From: Octopus bimaculoides
Taxonomy: Eukaryota
DNA length: 48,739 bases
Direction: 5' to 3'
Assembly (NCBI RefSeq): GCF_001194135.2
Contig: NC_068983.1
Coordinates: forward strand, 58,613,371 to 58,662,109
The notes under the pieces were generated by a model. The model did not search any database. It saw only the letters and a program-made list of their open reading frames with translations, and was not told where the DNA came from. Position numbers and translations under genes: made by a program. Positions 45,726 through 48,739 of this stretch are shown one piece after another; the first letter of the stretch is position 1, and every line of letters begins with the position of its first letter.

Positions 45726-48700
45726 ATACCACACATCCACCCCTGCGCCATTGGCTAGTATGATTATTCCTTGGTAATAACGATGAATCTCTCAATCCAT
45801 TCACTTATAATCCATTCTCGTAATCCATTCCCTTTAGCCTCAATCTTCATTCACTGCATCTAAGGCAGATATGTGAACTGAACTTGGTATTTCACACTAA
45901 TGGCACAATTACGTAGCAAAGCTTTCGTCAAGTTTTAAACCATCTGTCTCGGATTCCTCAGTTTAAAATCAAGGCCAAACAATACGGAAGACCAGAAAGA
46001 AAGAAATTAGCTGCGTCGTTATATAGGTCATTAACACTAATGTGAATATAATTCAAACAAACAGATAACCTGGGGCATCTAAATTAGTGGCAGACTTGAA
46101 AGTAAATTTTTATGATTTTTAGCCCTGCCGAATGTTTGACTGAATGTTATAAGGAGCTAAGATATTCAGTCTTCAATCAGAACAACCTTAGGTGCTACAC
46201 AAATCGCTGTCGGTCAATTTTGTTATTTTGTCTTTAATAACTATGAAAGATTTATATATAGATATTTATGTAGTGAAGACTTAACTGTCACGCTTACTAT
46301 CTCATGCATGATGTTATATCCAGATAATTTTTGTACATATGTAAATCAACATGTTCCAGGTTATGATACATACGGAAACATATAAATATTAATGTGGCCA
46401 TTCTCACCTTCACATGCAGCCTACCTAATAATGTGTGTTATTAACAACGAATTAAGGAATAAGACTCACTAAATTTGTCAATAGTTTTACAGTGCTACCT
46501 TAACATACAGCAATGATTAAATTCCTACTTTGTGGTATCTATTTAAGTGGATTGGAAAAAGAAATAATAGTTAAATGTCTCGGTTATGAACACAGCATTG
46601 ACGACAGGATATCTAACATAGATTCTTCCTCTGATCGATCAGCTCTCTATCGATGATTCCTTTACCAGTGGATCTTAAGTTTGACTTAAAACGTGAAAGA
46701 ATAATTGATTTTTTTTTCTCAGAAAATTCTTTGACAAATGAAATTCGTCTTTTTCTATTTTTATTGATGGAAATACAAACTATCATTGCAAATACAGTGC
46801 TAAAAAAAATAAAAAAAAATAAAACCGAAATAAATCCAGTTCAATGTTCAATTCTTTATTTTCAATAAATTTATTTTCTTATAGTTTTCTTGGCAAATTT
46901 ACTTTCATCTCTGTTAAGGTATTCAAAGATATTTATTTTCTTAGTTTGCTATGAAGAATGAAGGGAAAGAAGAAGAAGAAGAACAACAACAACGACGACG
47001 ATAGGAGGAGGAGACATTTTTTTATAGCATTAGTTCAATTTCAGTTGTAAAGGAAAGATAATTCTATAAATCCTCTAAGACTGTGTACAAGAGACAAGTG
47101 ATTTTATTTGATGGCAGACGATGGGAATAGCAATAACTCCAATGTAGTTTTAAGAAACTATCGGTAAAATGTCATCTGTGTCACATACAGAGGAAGATTG
47201 TGATCAAGATAAAGATTATTGGTGATTAAGTGCCAATATGTTAGTGATATTACCAGAAATTTTGTTTATTTTACCTTCGTTTTTTTTACCTCTTTTGTCT
47301 GATTTTCATTGTTTTGGTTTTATTACATGTTTAATTCTTTTTCTTTTACATTTTTTTAAATTCTTATTTTTTTTTCATCAATGCAGAAATATAACTGATT
47401 TGAATTTCTTGACAAAAAATGTCGAAAAAGATTTATGGAAGCACAAAAGAAGAAGTAACAGCAACAACACCAAAAACACAAAGAAAGAAAAATTTGAACG
47501 AAATCAATTTTTCATATCAAACAGGATAAAAATGAAGATTGTTCGAAAATGTTGTAGAATTTAAACTTCTCGAATCTATACTATGATATCAAGATACACC
47601 TATAACAGTTTTCATTTCATTTTATTAATTTCTTTTTTTTTATAAAAGCACTGTTCTTGGCAGGAAGTAACTAACGTTAAAAAACACACACACACACAGC
47701 AATTCGTATTCCTAAATAAAATGATTAAAGAACATTTCTATGCAGATCTTATTAATTTTATTATTTTGTTTTTAAGTTTAAACCCCTTGGCAGCTTTTGT
47801 GATCATTTTCGTTTGATCAAATGAAGACATTTATTACAGAAACATTATAAAGAAGGTGATTTCATTTGAAATGAATTATTTTTTCCTCTCCCTTTCTCCA
47901 TTTGAAGTGAGTAACATATTCTTTTCTTCTTCCTCCTTTTTGTTTTCCAATTTCATTCCATTTTCTCTGCTGACGATTTAAAATCATTGAAGCCGCTATG
48001 GGAATACCTTCTTCCAAGAATTATTGCAGTCTGACAACAAGATCCACCTTTCCATGTCATGTCATTGTAAGCTAGAAATGTGTTACATTTTTCTTCCTTG
48101 TTTTGCTTTTTTCGGATTTTACAGCAAATCACCAGTGATCAGATAATACAATCCATAGATGCACGAGAAGAAAACACGAAATATTGATCCGATATCATCA
48201 AAAATATTAATTATTGATTTTAAATACATTATTGGTATATTCTCAGATTATTTCTCGGGTAACAAAAGATTTGCAACTATAACATCTATAATAACTGCTT
48301 CTATAATATCTCTGTCTACAAAAGATCTATAATATCTATGGGTGTTTCTTATCTTTTTCCAATGGTAGAAGACACAAAAGTATATGGATTTTTAATACAT
48401 ATATACACGCACACCCTCCTCCCATATATATGTATTATATGATTTCGTTTAGGCATAGCAATAATAATAACCAGTTGTTAGAAGTTAATACACATCTGCT
48501 TTAGAGTAAAAAATCAGGAGAGTACAGAACGTAATATCAATTCATATATGACAAAAGAGCAGGATTTATGTAATCATCTTCATTAGCTAACAGCTGTTTC
48601 TGCTATCAGATGCAATGCACTCAGAGTTGAATGCTTATGTAACATCTTATAGCTTCTTTGGAGCCATTAAAATTGTGTTCTTATTTTGGAAAGCAGAATG

Positions 48701-48739
48701 TATGTATATGTGCGTATATATATATATATATATATATAT

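Noticed and set aside
47238-47564. 108-aa ORF (F/L-rich then K-rich)
   Set aside because: Reflects adjacent T-rich and A-rich low-complexity tracts; no domain is recognisable.

Overview
This window is AT-rich eukaryotic non-coding DNA from a gappy draft assembly, with 13 N-gaps totalling about 4.1 kb, most flanked by (TA)n or (CA)n. The microsatellite density and the tRNA-derived SINE families resemble an octopod cephalopod (Octopus) genome; that assignment is inference from recognition and was not tested. No host protein-coding gene, CRISPR array or intact tRNA can be supported, and most ORFs in the supplied track are microsatellite or gap artefacts. The window holds about 30 SINE/retroposon copies from several modular families (labelled A-E and H here; these labels are mine), three decayed mariner transposases, TA-flanked MITEs, an RTE-LINE remnant and a divergent 28S rRNA-like fragment. 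Most interesting: (1) a TSD-bounded composite element made of a tRNA-like head, (AAT)n and a hammerhead-ribozyme-like motif, with a second related copy and a third Penelope-style hammerhead motif elsewhere; (2) the divergent 28S fragment; (3) a mariner whose 3' end is replaced by a ~180-bp inverted copy of its own 5' end; (4) long fold-back hairpins. Coordinates were read by eye and may be off by a few bases.
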